A stretch of 63,016 nucleotides of DNA, filler included, from Asterionella formosa (taxonomy: Eukaryota), in the NCBI GenBank assembly GCA_002256025.1. It is 4 parts of 4 records of this genome, joined end to end, with 100 filler letters (N's around TTAATTAATTAA, not from the genome) between each part and the next. Parts side by side here need not be neighbours in the genome. Positions count along the whole stretch, not along the records: positions 1 to 20,493 come from NKIB01003333.1; 3 more parts are not named here. The stretch is one strand, 5' to 3'. The position numbers were made by a program, and so were the translations under genes. The notes beneath the pieces are model-generated. The model had not been told where the DNA came from and searched no databases. It was given only the letters and a program-made list of their open reading frames with translations. Every line of letters starts with the position of its first letter. Within the stretch, counting starts at the first letter, position 1. Positions 1 through 12,287 of the stretch are shown in pieces.

Positions 1-161
1 AGATTAATGTAATGCATCAGAAGAATTCTCCAACGATGATGCTGCCCCTGCAAAAGTGTAAAACGTAAAGTAATAAGAAAATAATTTTTGTAGTATTAAC
101 GGAGTAAAAATAAACACGGTTTGGGGGGAAAATATATACATGTACAGATAGAAAAATATGC

Positions 162-368
162 ACTGTAAGCCACCGCTATGCAATAATCTTAGTGACTTTG
201 GAAAAATTATTTCTTCATGGCTAGATACACTGAATCAAAACTGATTCCTTAATAGTATAGCAGAGAGCATTGTCTAACATAAGCTTTGTACTTGCGTCAA
301 GTTTTGATCGTTGAATTACATAAATATTTTTAGTCGAAAGATAGAGTAAAATAGCGGTGGCTTACAGT
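162..368. mobile_element. MITE-like element, about 207 bp, with perfect 18-bp terminal inverted repeats
   Basis: ACTGTAAGCCACCGCTAT (162-179) is the exact reverse complement of ATAGCGGTGGCTTACAGT (351-368). The interior is AT-rich and non-coding. No clean TSD. Confidence 0.7.
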
Positions 369-1695
369 TTTTAAGTGGTACCGGTATTATTAGAATTGTT
401 CCTTCTTAGCTACAGTACCGGTACTGGTATTCTTGCTTGACAGATTTAAACTTGTTCATTGACCTCCTCTCGATGCTGCAAACACGACAGACTGATGGGT
501 GGGTGAACTCGGGCACCGTTACAGTCCCAGGTACCGGTACTAGTACCAGGCAGTAGGGATTACATCTTGTAAGAGGAAGCCAAACCACGACTGGGCCTGA
601 GAGCCAGATTGAATCGTGTTGTGTGTGGATCTGTTCGGTTATTTAGCAGTACACCATCTGGTACATAGTGGTAGTCCTCGCCTTCTTTTGTGCATCGTGT
701 TAAGGTGAGTGAAAAAGGACGGATGTGGCAGCAGTGTACCTGGTAACGGTACCCTGGTTCCGTACGTACATGGCAACGGTAGAGTGACTCACGGTGGCAT
801 GAATCACAAGAACTATGCACGAGCCCAACATTTCATTTGAATACCAGTTACGATCCGGTATGCACACCTGTAGTTAGCGCTGTATCATTTGGAAATCATG
901 TATATTTACTTGGTACTACCGGTAGGTAGACTACCTTACATGCTGCATGATAAAGTGCCAGGTAAGGTATTCTAACGGTATTCGAATTCGAGCCTCCTTT
1001 GCAACAGCCAACTTGAATCATATATGGGATACCTTTTTACCGGTATTTGATATTTAAATGAGAATCAAATATTCGCTTCTTTGAAAGACTAATATTTGAA
1101 TATTTTTGGCGCTCATGTTCATATCAAGACGAGATGGGTAGCCCTTTTTGCATATTTCAAAACGCATACTTACCACTGTAGGATGTACGTAAGGATGTAT
1201 TTTTGTCCCAACGCACGCATCCCCGGAAATTAACTGTATAAATAACTGTCTGATCTGATGCGTGTGACCAAAAACAGTAGGGTTTGCACGCCCTTGACTC
1301 GATTGCAAGTACGAAACGGTGTAACCACATCAAGGAATTTGCTCGAAACATTTTGAAAGTCAAAGCCGTCAACGTCGAATTGAATTGTCGTCGGCGTGCT
1401 TCGTTCAAAGCCCTGCGGAATTCATAAGCTGAGACTTCCTTTGCGTGGCTCATTAATCCGCAGCCGCCGGAGTAGCATCCGTCGATATAAATTGCTTCCG
1501 GACCTCGCCAGTCGATTAGACACACATTAGCTTCTCGAACGGAGCGTCAAACACAGGGAGGATTATTGGAGTAGAGAAGGAGTCAACGCTAATTCGCCTC
1601 TCTCTCTCGACGTTTTACCTCTCTTTGTCCCTGGATCCATTTAATTCACAACTCTACTCTGAGTTGTGTTCTCTCAATCGACTGCAGCAATTACA

Positions 1696-4042
1696 ATGTC
1701 TATCCGAAGTACCACCATGCTGTGTCCACAACAAACACCTCGGAAGGAGGTCATTGTCCGACGGCACCTGATAAACACGTCCGACATGCTTCACACACCT
1801 GCAAACAGCAGTCCATCTTGCAAGTCCCAGCTGACCACACCGATGACCGCAGCCACCGTAGCCATGACGCCTTCTCCATCGATGACCAACGTCACCCCCG
1901 ATACTACTGGTTATCTTGGCGATTCCAGTCCAGGTCGGGCTCTTTTTCGAGATTCGACACCCCCAAGAGCCATTTTCCGGGACGCTTCGCCATTAACTGC
2001 ATCGTCGCATACAATTGCTCGTTCGGATTCTTTGCCTGCAACCTTGAGGGACCCATCGCAGAGGTCGATGGAGATAAATCCTGCTCAGCGTCGAAGACCC
2101 AGAAAACCAGCCACACCCCCAAATTCTTCACAAGTACACTTTGGAATAGAACGAAGGAAATCCTTCAGTAGACGACCGCAATCTCAGTATCCTTCATTTC
2201 ATTCAACGATTAAGGTGCCAACAGTGGCATCGACTCCGTTAACGTCTAGCTCCTCGGACGACGACTCCTCGCCAGATCGGAGCAGCTTTAGACGTTTGCC
2301 TTCGAAGCCTTTGCTGGAAATCGACAAGACGATGGCGATTTCTTTATGCCATCGACTGTCGAGAATCAATGTTAATGGTCTGGTGTTTCTCCTTTGTATT
2401 TTTGCAATTATTTCGTTTGCATGGATGTGCAAGACATTTCCACAGTTATCCCGCTTGCAGGATTCGCAAATGGCTGCCAGTCGCTATGAATTCTTTCAAG
2501 AGGTAAAGGCGCCTAGTGCTGGTGGTCTCCGAGGAAAGATGGTGCAAATGGCGGGTCGCAAAGAGTATTGGAAGCAACGGGATGCCCATGCCCGGCATCA
2601 GGGCCCCCCTAAGGATCGCAAGAGTGGAAGCAGTACGAATGCGAGAAAGAATCGTGACACTAAGGAAATTACCAAGAAACATGAATTTATTAAGACCAGC
2701 AAGAAAAATGTAAAGCCAAACCGGGCGCTCAAGTTTACGCCATCACCCGTTGCTACTCTGAAACCCAGTTTTGATGCTTGGGACGCTGCGTTTTTCCCCG
2801 ATTCCAAGAAGAACGACCATACTCCTCGAGTTGTGTCCTTTGGATCAACGGAATTTCATTCTACGACTGTCGATGTTTATCCGGCAGAGTTTACTGACAA
2901 TACGCAATATTATGGGCTTTTTGACTCGGAAGATGGGCGCTTGAGTCAAATGGAAGTGCGTGATCCCTATGAAACTGATCAATGTGTCCCGATGCAAGAT
3001 TGGCAAACCACTTATCATCCTTGGTGCAATGGCATGCATGAGTTAGCTCTGGAAAGCATGGGGATTCAAGCGGAGGACGACGCTCATTTGTTTGGAACAA
3101 AGGGATATTGGAGAAATGCCTGGCGACTAGATTTGCTGGGTGGTCAGCATCATCCAGGCGATCGCGAAAAGATTGTGCTGAAGACGTTAAAGTGAGTGTT
3201 GACTTGCACGTCTTTGTCTTTCTTCGTTAATTTTTTTATGAATACCATTAACTCTTGCCTTGTTTAGATTCCAGCACAATTTTGAGGATGCTCACTTTGA
3301 GCATGATCGAGTTGACGCTGTTGCTATGGAGCGATTGACATCATCTCCTCATGTTATCAACATTTTTGGATTTTGTGGGCACTCTGTAATGACGGAGTTT
3401 GCAGACGGAACATGCGTTGGTGAGTTGGCTGACAAATCCCGCAAGACAAAGCTAGCTCGATTAAGAATTGCCAGAGATATCGCCAATGGATTGGCGGACG
3501 TTCACGGAATTGATGGAGATGGAAATGCAACCTTTGTTCACTTGGATATTAACCCCGCCAATGTCGTAAGTGTTGGTGGAACACTGAAGTTGAATGATTT
3601 CAATATTGGCATCATTTTGAAATGGAACACTACTTCCAATAAGCAATGTGGCTTTCCTGCTCAGTATCCCAATCCGCAATGGCGTTCGCCCGAAGAAGCT
3701 CGCGGTGAGCAGTTTTTGACGGAAAAAGTGGATGTATTCTCTATGGGTCATATTTTCTTTCGATTGATATGTGGACATGAGCCATGGAACAAGTTGGAGA
3801 TTGGTGGTAAGCCCTCCAAAGAGGAAATTCATGAAAAGGTCCAACGAGGAATCCTTCCGTTTATCCCGGATCATGTGTTGAATACCCTTAACCCCGAGGT
3901 TGCTGCGATACGGCAAGCAATGCTTCAATGCTACACTTTCAACCCTGTGGAACGTCCTAGTGCTCGAGCGATTGCCAACGAGTTGCAGGTTGCATTGGAA
4001 AAATTGACAATAGAGTATGCCACGGTTAGCCCCCCGACTTGA
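1696..4042 (+). CDS. Single-pass membrane protein with a C-terminal atypical protein kinase domain; 2 exons
   Basis: Exons 1696-3191 and 3268-4042. Intron 3192-3267 (GTGAGT...TTTAG) joins the two ORFs in frame (KTLK-FQH). Motifs: LFGTKGYWR, VLKTLK, FVHLDINPAN, LNDFN, WRSPEE, KVDVFSMG, ERPSAR. A hydrophobic segment GLVFLLCIFAIISFAWM follows a Ser/Pro/Thr-rich N-terminus. Confidence 0.9.
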
Positions 4043-4733
4043 ATAATATCCTATATTGTTGACTATTGACTCTGAAATTTATCAAGGCGAATCATATAAT
4101 GAGGATGTTTGTATACAAACCAAAAAATACCGAGAACATGTTACCATAATTTTGTATTCCGTTCCGTTGCTTCAAGGAGGTTAGTGTGCATGTACGAAGC
4201 CCTTGACCTTCCATGGCCGTCTAATGCAGCCGACGTGACTGACAAGTACACGGGGTCTTGTGCCGTTACAGTCTTTTGACCTTGAATGTCTATTCGCACT
4301 GCACCTGTGCATAGAATTCCAAGGCCAATACGTAAATTCTGTGGTGTTCCCAAGTACCGGTAATTGTAAAACCATTGATGCGGTGAATGTAGTCATGTAC
4401 ACTCGATGAATTCGAAGGCAAGGGTCAAGTGGTGAACACCAGCATGGGGAGCGGCGCTACCAACTAATGGTCGTAACAGGCCATGGAGTTTGGGTCCTTG
4501 CAAGAGCGCATGTAGCAAAACTAAATGCGACCTCAAAGATTCAGACAAATTTCATAGAAAACAGGTCTGTCAAATGTTCTACATTCATCTAAACATTAGC
4601 TATTAATAAAGGTATGCATGCATGGTGACCCTCGATACAAGAAATTCATCGTGATCAGATGGGATAGTTTAGGGGATGCCACTGCAAGCGCGGCCAACAT
4701 GGAGCATGCAAAAAGTTGACACAAAACGCCTGC

Positions 4734-5282
4734 TTAGTTGCCTTCCCCAATAAATCGGTTTCTCTCATTGAATATTTTTCGATAGTCTTCATTTTGCAAA
4801 GTCACCCTCAAGTTGTACATACTCGCTGCCACATCCCGATCGCTGTGTTGCTCGTTGACTAGCCTATATTGTTCATTTTCACTCTTAAAGACATCAGCAA
4901 ATGCTCTGGCTTCCCATTCTTCGTCTTCCGATAGGCGTGCCATTTTTTCTCCATCAGTCGTAATGAGACCATTCCCGTCTGTCGATTTTGTTACTTGACC
5001 ACGTTTGTCTGCCACAGGTTGTTTGCTCATAGCAAAAAAGGGGAGCTCACCACCTCCTCCCGCTTGTTCTTGTTCTTGTCGCGCAGCAAGCTTGGCCTTT
5101 GACTTCTTCACCAATTCCTTGGCGCGCTCTACTTGACGTGAAATGTCATCTTCCATACTTGGCAGCGCCTGTAGAAGTGAACTTGCACGAGGATGTGTCG
5201 TGGGAACAAACGCCGCTGTCGCTGACGGTCCGAACAATAGCAGCACAAGCGACGAGAGATGGACACGGCGTCGGACTGTCAT
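4734..5282 (-). CDS. Hypothetical protein with a probable bipartite plastid-targeting peptide
   Basis: Intact ORF from ATG 5282. Signal-like SSLVLLLFGPSATA followed by AFVP (ASAFAP-like motif), a Ser/Thr-rich transit region and a charged coiled-coil body. Confidence 0.75.
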   Translation of the reverse strand: MTVRRRVHLSSLVLLLFGPSATAAFVPTTHPRASSLLQALPSMEDDISRQVERAKELVKKSKAKLAARQEQEQAGGGGELPFFAMSKQPVADKRGQVTKSTDGNGLITTDGEKMARLSEDEEWEARAFADVFKSENEQYRLVNEQHSDRDVAASMYNLRVTLQNEDYRKIFNERNRFIGEGN

Positions 5283-6859
5283 TATCACTGTTAAATATGC
5301 AAGGCAGTGGATTAAAATATGCTGATGTTGTTCGTTGTCAATCCGAGCAGTTCTGTTTGCTTTACACTTTTCGTTCCAGTGTATAATAATGAATAAGCCC
5401 TTACGATTTTTTATTTGTCACCATCATCAGTTACCGGTACACCACCAGCATAGCTATTAACTCTCTGTACATACCGGTACGATAACTCGATGATATGCAT
5501 ACTGGGACGAGGTAACAATTACCACTGCTCCCAGTACGATGCTTGATTGTTTGCAGTTTGCATTAGTATCATATGCATGAGAATACATAGACAACGTATA
5601 GGGGTATGTATAATATACCAGATCATATTCCGAATGTACAAGTGCGTCATTGACCTGATATGATATGGCATGATGTACCAGTAGTCTACCTAATATGTGG
5701 TTACCAGTATGTATTTGTACTGGCACGAGACTATTGGTACAAGGAAGGTCTGGTACTGACGGTAGTAGCACAACTTTAATGTGCACCTTTTGTTCAGTTT
5801 CGACTCTTGTTCTCTCCTGATCATGATTCATACCACCATGCCTGCCAGGTGAGATCAAGTCCTTATTATTTTTTGCCTCTTGACCAAACAGACAAATCTC
5901 CAGTTTGTAACCTAACCACAGACAATGGCATTCAATTCCCAAATTCTGTTCTCAAGCTGGCTGGCTTCTCTTTGGTTGGATGACCCTTGGATGATGGCAT
6001 TGAAGGCTGGTATCATACAAAATACCAGAGGCCTTTTGCAAGTCAACAATCAAGAAAAAGAAAGCCCCCCATTCTATGATGCCAATCCAGACGCCATGAA
6101 AAATTTTACTTTCAAGAAATTCAGAATTGCAAATTTGAATGTGCTCTCTCAAAACTGTCTCAATATTGGATGCATTCTGTATTGGATGTGGATATCAACA
6201 CAAAATCAGATTCACAATGTATCCGATTTAGTGATATTATCTAAATGGCTCAACGTTATAATACAATACTGTCACTGCTGGTATACATAGCTAGTACATT
6301 TAGACTAGCTATGATAGTGTCTATGTAATTTATGTGCAATGTATACACAATTTCACATCACATCAATAATACCTACCATGAGTGCCTCGTGAAAGCCCAA
6401 CTAGTTGTCATCTTGGAATGAAAATGAAGGCCTCTCCCTAGAGACTAATCATGATGAGTCGGTTTCAGTATTGATGGGTAACGAAAAATGCAATTATGCT
6501 GGCGAAGTTGACAAATTTTAAATGCTACACCAAGACCAAAGCTTTCATTAATGAGTACAACAGGGTCTCCCACAAATCTTCTCTCAATCATCCCGACAAG
6601 CCATCCAAAATCAAGAAAATTGTCCCATGGGGGGGGGGGGGGAAATTCTTACATAATCTGCATCTTTTGATTCTTCGATTTTGGTGGATGAATTATGGAT
6701 CAAGATCAATTTTGATAAGATTGTCGCTCAAAATGCTGCTTCTTGTGGACTTAATTTTTTGCATGATCAGTTGTATGCTGCTCAACTTGAGTGTAAAGAA
6801 GTAAGTCATAGAGTGTTAGCCGCAACACTTGATTCAAAAAAGCAGAATAGTAAATCAAT

Positions 6860-7770
6860 AATTCTTATAGGGCATTAGTACTAGCCTAGCCACAGGATTG
6901 TATTCATTGCGCTCCATGGCCCATAGGGATTGGGGCTGGCTGTGGATGGTGTGATTTGGTAGTCACTCCTCCCTTATGTAGGAGTCGTGTAAAAAAATTG
7001 TGTTTTCTATGATCTCTTCCTGGTTTAGAGATACCGCTGGTTGTTTACACGGGTCTGAAACCTGGATGTTCTCACTGAGTTGTGTTCCTTTTTCTTCGTC
7101 TATGTTCTGCTGGGGCATATTTGTTGGCTGCTCGCACTTAAAGCGTTTATTGAGGTGAAGTGTGTTGTTAGTGTTACTTGGCATGTGACCGCGAATTTTC
7201 TAGATGCAACGAGCGCTTTTTGGTCGTTCTCGATTTCAAAAGTATTTTCAATACTTTCCCAAAAATATGTTTGTCTCGGTTGCATATTTCGCTTTGGAGC
7301 ATATATATCCTTTGTGCCGATTGGGTTATTTCGGCATTTTTTCGTTTAAATTCCTCATTTCTGGCTTTCCAGGCACTATGTGTTACTTTCCAAAAGTTAC
7401 GAGATCGCCTTTCTGGTACTAGTACATTTCTTGCCCTGTTGTCCTCCTCTTGTGGGGAATTCTCCTGAGGAAGTACAAAAGGCATCATTTGTCCATTTAC
7501 TGCTCAAGTATCCCTTAAGCAAATTCAAGTTGATGATCCACTGCTTCCCATAGTTTTTATTTTGTGAATTCCAGCGTGTGGGGAGGGAATTTAGGTATAA
7601 AACCGCCTGCTTCTCCTGCATGAATAAATTTCGCAGCTCTATCAGTAATATTATCCTGGTTTCTTGCTTCATTATATAATGAAACAATGAGTCGCTAATT
7701 CCGATTCATTTTTTCGCTGAGACATATTCTTTGATCTCAACTGCCAAAGAACAGGACATGGCATGCAAAA
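6860..7770 (-). mobile_element. 5'-truncated, decayed 3' fragment of a non-LTR retrotransposon related to the element at 51-55 kb
   Basis: Peptides LLKGYLSSKW and NFWKVTHSAWKARNEEF match TLRGHLGKGW and QFWKVIIGAWNDRNEVL of the 51.8-52.3 kb ORF. The DNA motif TTGCGCTCCATGGCCCAT is shared (6907-6924 vs 51401-51418). Confidence 0.8.
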
Positions 7771-8119
7771 GGAAGATTAACACAGTACAATTAAGCAGAC
7801 TTGTTAGTAGACACATTAAAGCACATTTTTTCATTGTTTAATGTAGAGTTTTCAAAATCCATATTATCAATGAAGCATCTTTGTTGGCTGAGCATCATTG
7901 AACCTCACATATTGCCCTAGTGACTCAAAACTGAGATGTGCCACAATGTTATTCTCCTTTTTGGAGTGGCTAAAAATAGTCTACAACGATAGCTAACTCT
8001 ACTGGAGAAAGACTTGTTGAAGGCAGTTTTTGTCGTAGATTAATGAAGAGATGTCCAAATCAAGAGAGGTTTTATTGTTGTTTGGACTGTTCCAAGGCTC
8101 CGAGGGACAAAGCAATTAT

Positions 8120-8810
8120 TTTACACTGTTACAACAGTAAACAATAGGAAAAAATAGTAAGGAGATTGCAGTTATCAATATATTACTAGCAACATTTCCA
8201 TGGAATGATTTGTCATCGTGGAGTACTATGAAGAAATATTTCTACACAGTTGCCAATTTAAAAAAAGGAAAAAATAGTAAGGAGATTACCGTTATCAATA
8301 TATTACTAGCAATATTTCCAAAGCCAGATTTTTCATTACCGAATACTATGAAGAAACGATTCTACACAGCTGTGACAAAAAACAATAGGAAAAACGAGTA
8401 AGGAGATTGCCGTTATCAATAAATGAATATTAAGTAAAGGTTATAGTACGCTATTTCTAAAGAACTCGACAATTGTGGACGAGGTTGTGAAGTCTCACTT
8501 GGCCCCCCAGAGGGCCTTACACAGCCTGCTTGTTGTATGACATACCACCCGGAGCCCAAGGGACTACTACATAAACAAAGCAGGTGGAGAATGCGGAAAT
8601 CGAACCCGCCACCTCGGCAGGTGAGCTAACTAACTAAGCTATTCCCCAGATTACCGTTATCACTATATTACTAGTTATATTTTAATAGAGAGATTTGTCA
8701 TTGTAGAATGCTACGAATAAAATTCTACAACAATAGGAAAAATAGTAAGGAGATTGTCGTTACCAATATATAACTATGTTATAGTTACGATCTAAGCACG
8801 AGTACAGCAT
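8120..8810. repeat. Degenerate tandem array of about 120-bp units, interrupted by a SINE-like insertion
   Basis: AAAAATAGTAAGGAGATTRCMGTTATCAATATATTACTAG-like motif recurs near 8150, 8271, 8390 (resuming at 8648) and 8737. Confidence 0.85.
8421..8647 (-). mobile_element. tRNA(Ala-like)-derived SINE, family A, copy 1
   Basis: The minus strand begins GGGGAATAGCTTAGTTAG...GGCGGGTTCGATTTCCGCATTCTCCA (A-box-like, B box, tRNA-Ala-type ends). It is flanked by a 17-bp direct repeat, AGATTGCCGTTATCAAT (8404-8420) / AGATTACCGTTATCACT (8648-8664). Confidence 0.8.
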
Positions 8811-8879
8811 TGAGATATAACCAATAGTATAATTGTAAGAATTTTTCTAGAGGGTATTACTTAATCAATTCTTCAAGTA

Positions 8880-10200
8880 AAATGGCGGTAGATCAACATC
8901 ATTCGAAGGAATGGTAGAAGGAGAAAAACAATAGGTTTCTATACCCATCACAATCAGGCGGTCAGTAACCACTGGGTTGGACGATGACGATGAAGAAAGT
9001 AATGACGATATTTTTTCGGCAAAATGGACGATTTTGATGAGGAGGCAAGTCGATCAGAGGGAAATTAAGAGGTAAAAATTGACCACAAGAATTATACTAT
9101 CGAAGAAGAAGGAGGGCGGAGGTGAAAAATTGGATGCTACTGAAAATGGTTGCAATATTGAAGGTAATGAAAAAGTTATTGAAGTTATTGACAAGGAACT
9201 TACCCCTCATTTATCAGCTGAAGCACAAATTGATGTATGAGTCAACAATTTTTTCAAGAAATGTGATGGCTGGTGGCATTGAAGGTATTCTGGGCCTGTG
9301 GGGCGGGACAATGCAATTAAGGAGGTGATGGAAGTCTATCCTGGATAGTAAAAAGTCTTCCATGTCTGAGAGGTGATGGCATGCTAGTTGCGAAAAAATG
9401 TACCCTTTTTTCATCCTTGTAAATGCCACTTTGTAATTTGGGAGTTGTTCAATACAAAACGCGATGTGTTCACAAATACTACCATTCTGTGATGATTGCT
9501 TTGCCAAGTAAATTGAAAGAAACTGCCTGTTACATTTTTTATGCCATGGCTAAAGGAGTTCCTGTTAGTAGCATTGAAATTGATGAAGTCCTGCCTTTAA
9601 ATGACCGCAAAATTTTTTATGCAATAAGTCAGATGGATTAATCAATGGCCAAGCAAACATCTGGGGTGGAATCTTTTCTGAGCTTGAATCTGGCAAGAAC
9701 GAAGGAATTGTCAATTTCACTGAACATTTGATGTTCCAACTTGGTATAGACTGTTGGTCACACAATGATTCTTTGGTAGCTGTGCTATCAACAGAGCATC
9801 TGTTGCTGAATGCCTACAGACAGTTGTTCTCGGGCAATCCCATATTCCTTGCTGCTGATGCATCATGCAGACTCACGCAAGAAGGAAACAGTGTGGTGTT
9901 TCCGGTGATTACAACCAACTTGGCTCACCAAACGATATGTTTAGCATACATAGTACTACCTACTAACAGTAAGTCAATTTGAATTTGTACTGCCATAGCT
10001 AGTAGGAGGTGATGAATCGTCAGCATCTCCATCTTGACCAGTCATGACAAACTTATTGGACTGAATGTCTCCAAGAATATTGACAATGAACCAATCCTGT
10101 TTCGTACATATATCTAGCCTAATATAACCAAGGTGGTCATTCAATAATAATTTTTGCATTTGTATTGACAACGACAACTGAAATTGTCACTGGAATGCAT
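8880..10200 (+). pseudogene. Decayed Mutator-like (MULE) transposase remnant
   Basis: The fragment VLSTEHLLLNAY...IFLAADASCRLTQEGNSVVFPVITTNLAHQTICLAY (9728-9982) resembles the start of the MULE DDE domain. Surrounding frames are broken by stops and frameshifts. Boundaries are approximate. Confidence 0.55.
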
Positions 10201-11122
10201 TTTGGCCATCATTTGCTCAGCTATCAATATATAATCAAAAGTGACACTATTGAATCCATAGTGACTCACTTGACAGCTTATACTAGTTGATTATTTCTAT
10301 CTACTGTAAAATTTATGGAGGAAACTTGAAACAAAGAAAATCACAGACTGGGTGCAGTTTAAAATGCAATATAATACCATCTTTGTGCTGATTTTCATGC
10401 ATGTCGTGATTGTCATGGTTTATAATTCTCAGGAAGCAATTTGGAATATAAGTGGTCATTTTGCAGTTTAAAATAGACATGTATACAGACATTCCGCCCA
10501 CATTACACTACTCGTTCCCTACGGCTGATGGACAATCGAGCAAAAAACCGGTCATCGCGGCATAGAAATGCCTTCTTTTTGTGAACGAAGCAATTAATTT
10601 TGAAATGCCCTTTCACCAAGCAGGCGGACATATCATTTGTTTCTTTGCTGGCGCAAACGCATTTCGTACGCACTTCGCTGGCTTAAATGATGATGAGAAG
10701 CGAAGTATCAATTTTTAATTGCCCTCTCCCTTGTTGGTCACGAGAACGTGCGGACTTACCGTTCCTTGTTTGACGGTATTCACACTACGGGCCGGCATGC
10801 CGGTAGCTAACTTGCTGTTTACTATACAAAAAGTGTGCTTTGATTTTCTTCGCATATGTGTATATATATACCGGTACATCAAAATGTATTCACCATGTAA
10901 CATGATACTGTATTATGTCATGTTCACAGGGTACATACTGTCAATCGGTACAGATTGGCACCATTGGCTGACAGTGATGAGCGTCATCATTCCATTTGAT
11001 TTAATTTCTGCGATTTCTCACATTTATTCTCTTTTAACCTTGCCAGCGATTGGTGATACTTTCTGAGATTAGTTGATACTATCACTACGACCAGATCTAC
11101 AACTCCTTTTCCATTCATCACT

Positions 11123-11488
11123 ATGAGTACAATGTCGTTCCAAGGCTCATGTCCTGGCCGGATTACATCATCACAAACCAAGCGGTCACTATCTCAATCC
11201 TCGGACGATTCCTTCTCCACGCCGTTCTCCTCGTCACGCAACATTCCTTCGTGGCGATCTGACAAGTCGTCGAAACAACGTCCTGGTCGGCCTTACTTGT
11301 CCACGATGGCGAGTCGAACATCTTCACGAGGAGCCAAGGCCATAACAAGGACTGAAGTGCGACTCGGCAGCTTGTATGAGGAACTTCGTCAACAAGGTGT
11401 TCCCGAAGACATTGCATACCGACGCCAACATATTTACAACCGATTAGTTGCAACAATGAGTGAAACGTGTGGTGATGAGTGTGATTAA
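11123..11488 (+). CDS. Small Ser/Arg-rich hypothetical protein (121 aa)
   Basis: ATG-initiated ORF with gene-like GC and CpG content, and a TACCGGTAC motif about 250 bp upstream. No recognised domain. Confidence 0.5.
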   Translation: MSTMSFQGSCPGRITSSQTKRSLSQSSDDSFSTPFSSSRNIPSWRSDKSSKQRPGRPYLSTMASRTSSRGAKAITRTEVRLGSLYEELRQQGVPEDIAYRRQHIYNRLVATMSETCGDECD

Positions 11489-12287
11489 ATAGTCATTTAC
11501 TTCTGCACAACAACTCAGGCTAAGATAAGACTCCAACAACTACTACATAAATGTTGGTTGTCACAAATAGTGACACGACGTTGCGACCAATCAATGTGAT
11601 TGATACAGCGAATAACCAAATCCATATTGCTACTACTGATATAGCCTTACAAGCGCACAGTGTCAAAACGAAACATGTATATACATTCATTTTGCAAACT
11701 ACAAGTTCTCCCTGAATGAGTTCTCTAGCTTCATTTTTATCAAGTGACACTTTTCAGTCTCATTAGGGGCATGTGGAAACATGGATAAACGCGAAAACCT
11801 TGAGTCTCGTCTCCTGTGGAAAACTCGATGTAAGGACAGAAAACAAAAGATTCAATGCTGAAAAGATGGAACCATTATTGAGTTAATCCTAAGCTGCCTT
11901 GCAAACAGTATAGCAGTACATTACCCAGACGGGATCATCAGAAGACTGTTGGGACCTAACTGTAGTTTCAATATGAGTCAATATGTCATCCCGAGTTAAG
12001 TTTGTCATGCCCGACACCAAACAATGGCCTTCTCACCATGACCAGTACACTCACACTTCTACACAGTACACAACCAAAGCGCAGGCAGTGGAAAGGGGTA
12101 CAAGACTTTTACGTAGTGAGCCTTTAAATCAAACCTCAACAGCAAAGTGATATTTTGAAAGTTAAAACATGTTTAAACAAGTGTAGATCGTAATGAGCAT
12201 ATAGTAGATTTGGCTTAAAACAAATGAATCGAGAAGTCATTTTTTAGGGAGTAGCATGTCGCCATCTTTTCGTTGGTAGCGAGCACC

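Noticed and set aside
8575..8647. tRNA genes here and at about 21.0, 29.3, 31.2, 34.25 and 46.65 kb
   Set aside because: Anticodon arms are shortened, expanded or unpaired. The heads continue into shared non-tRNA bodies and three copies have TSDs, so SINEs explain them better.
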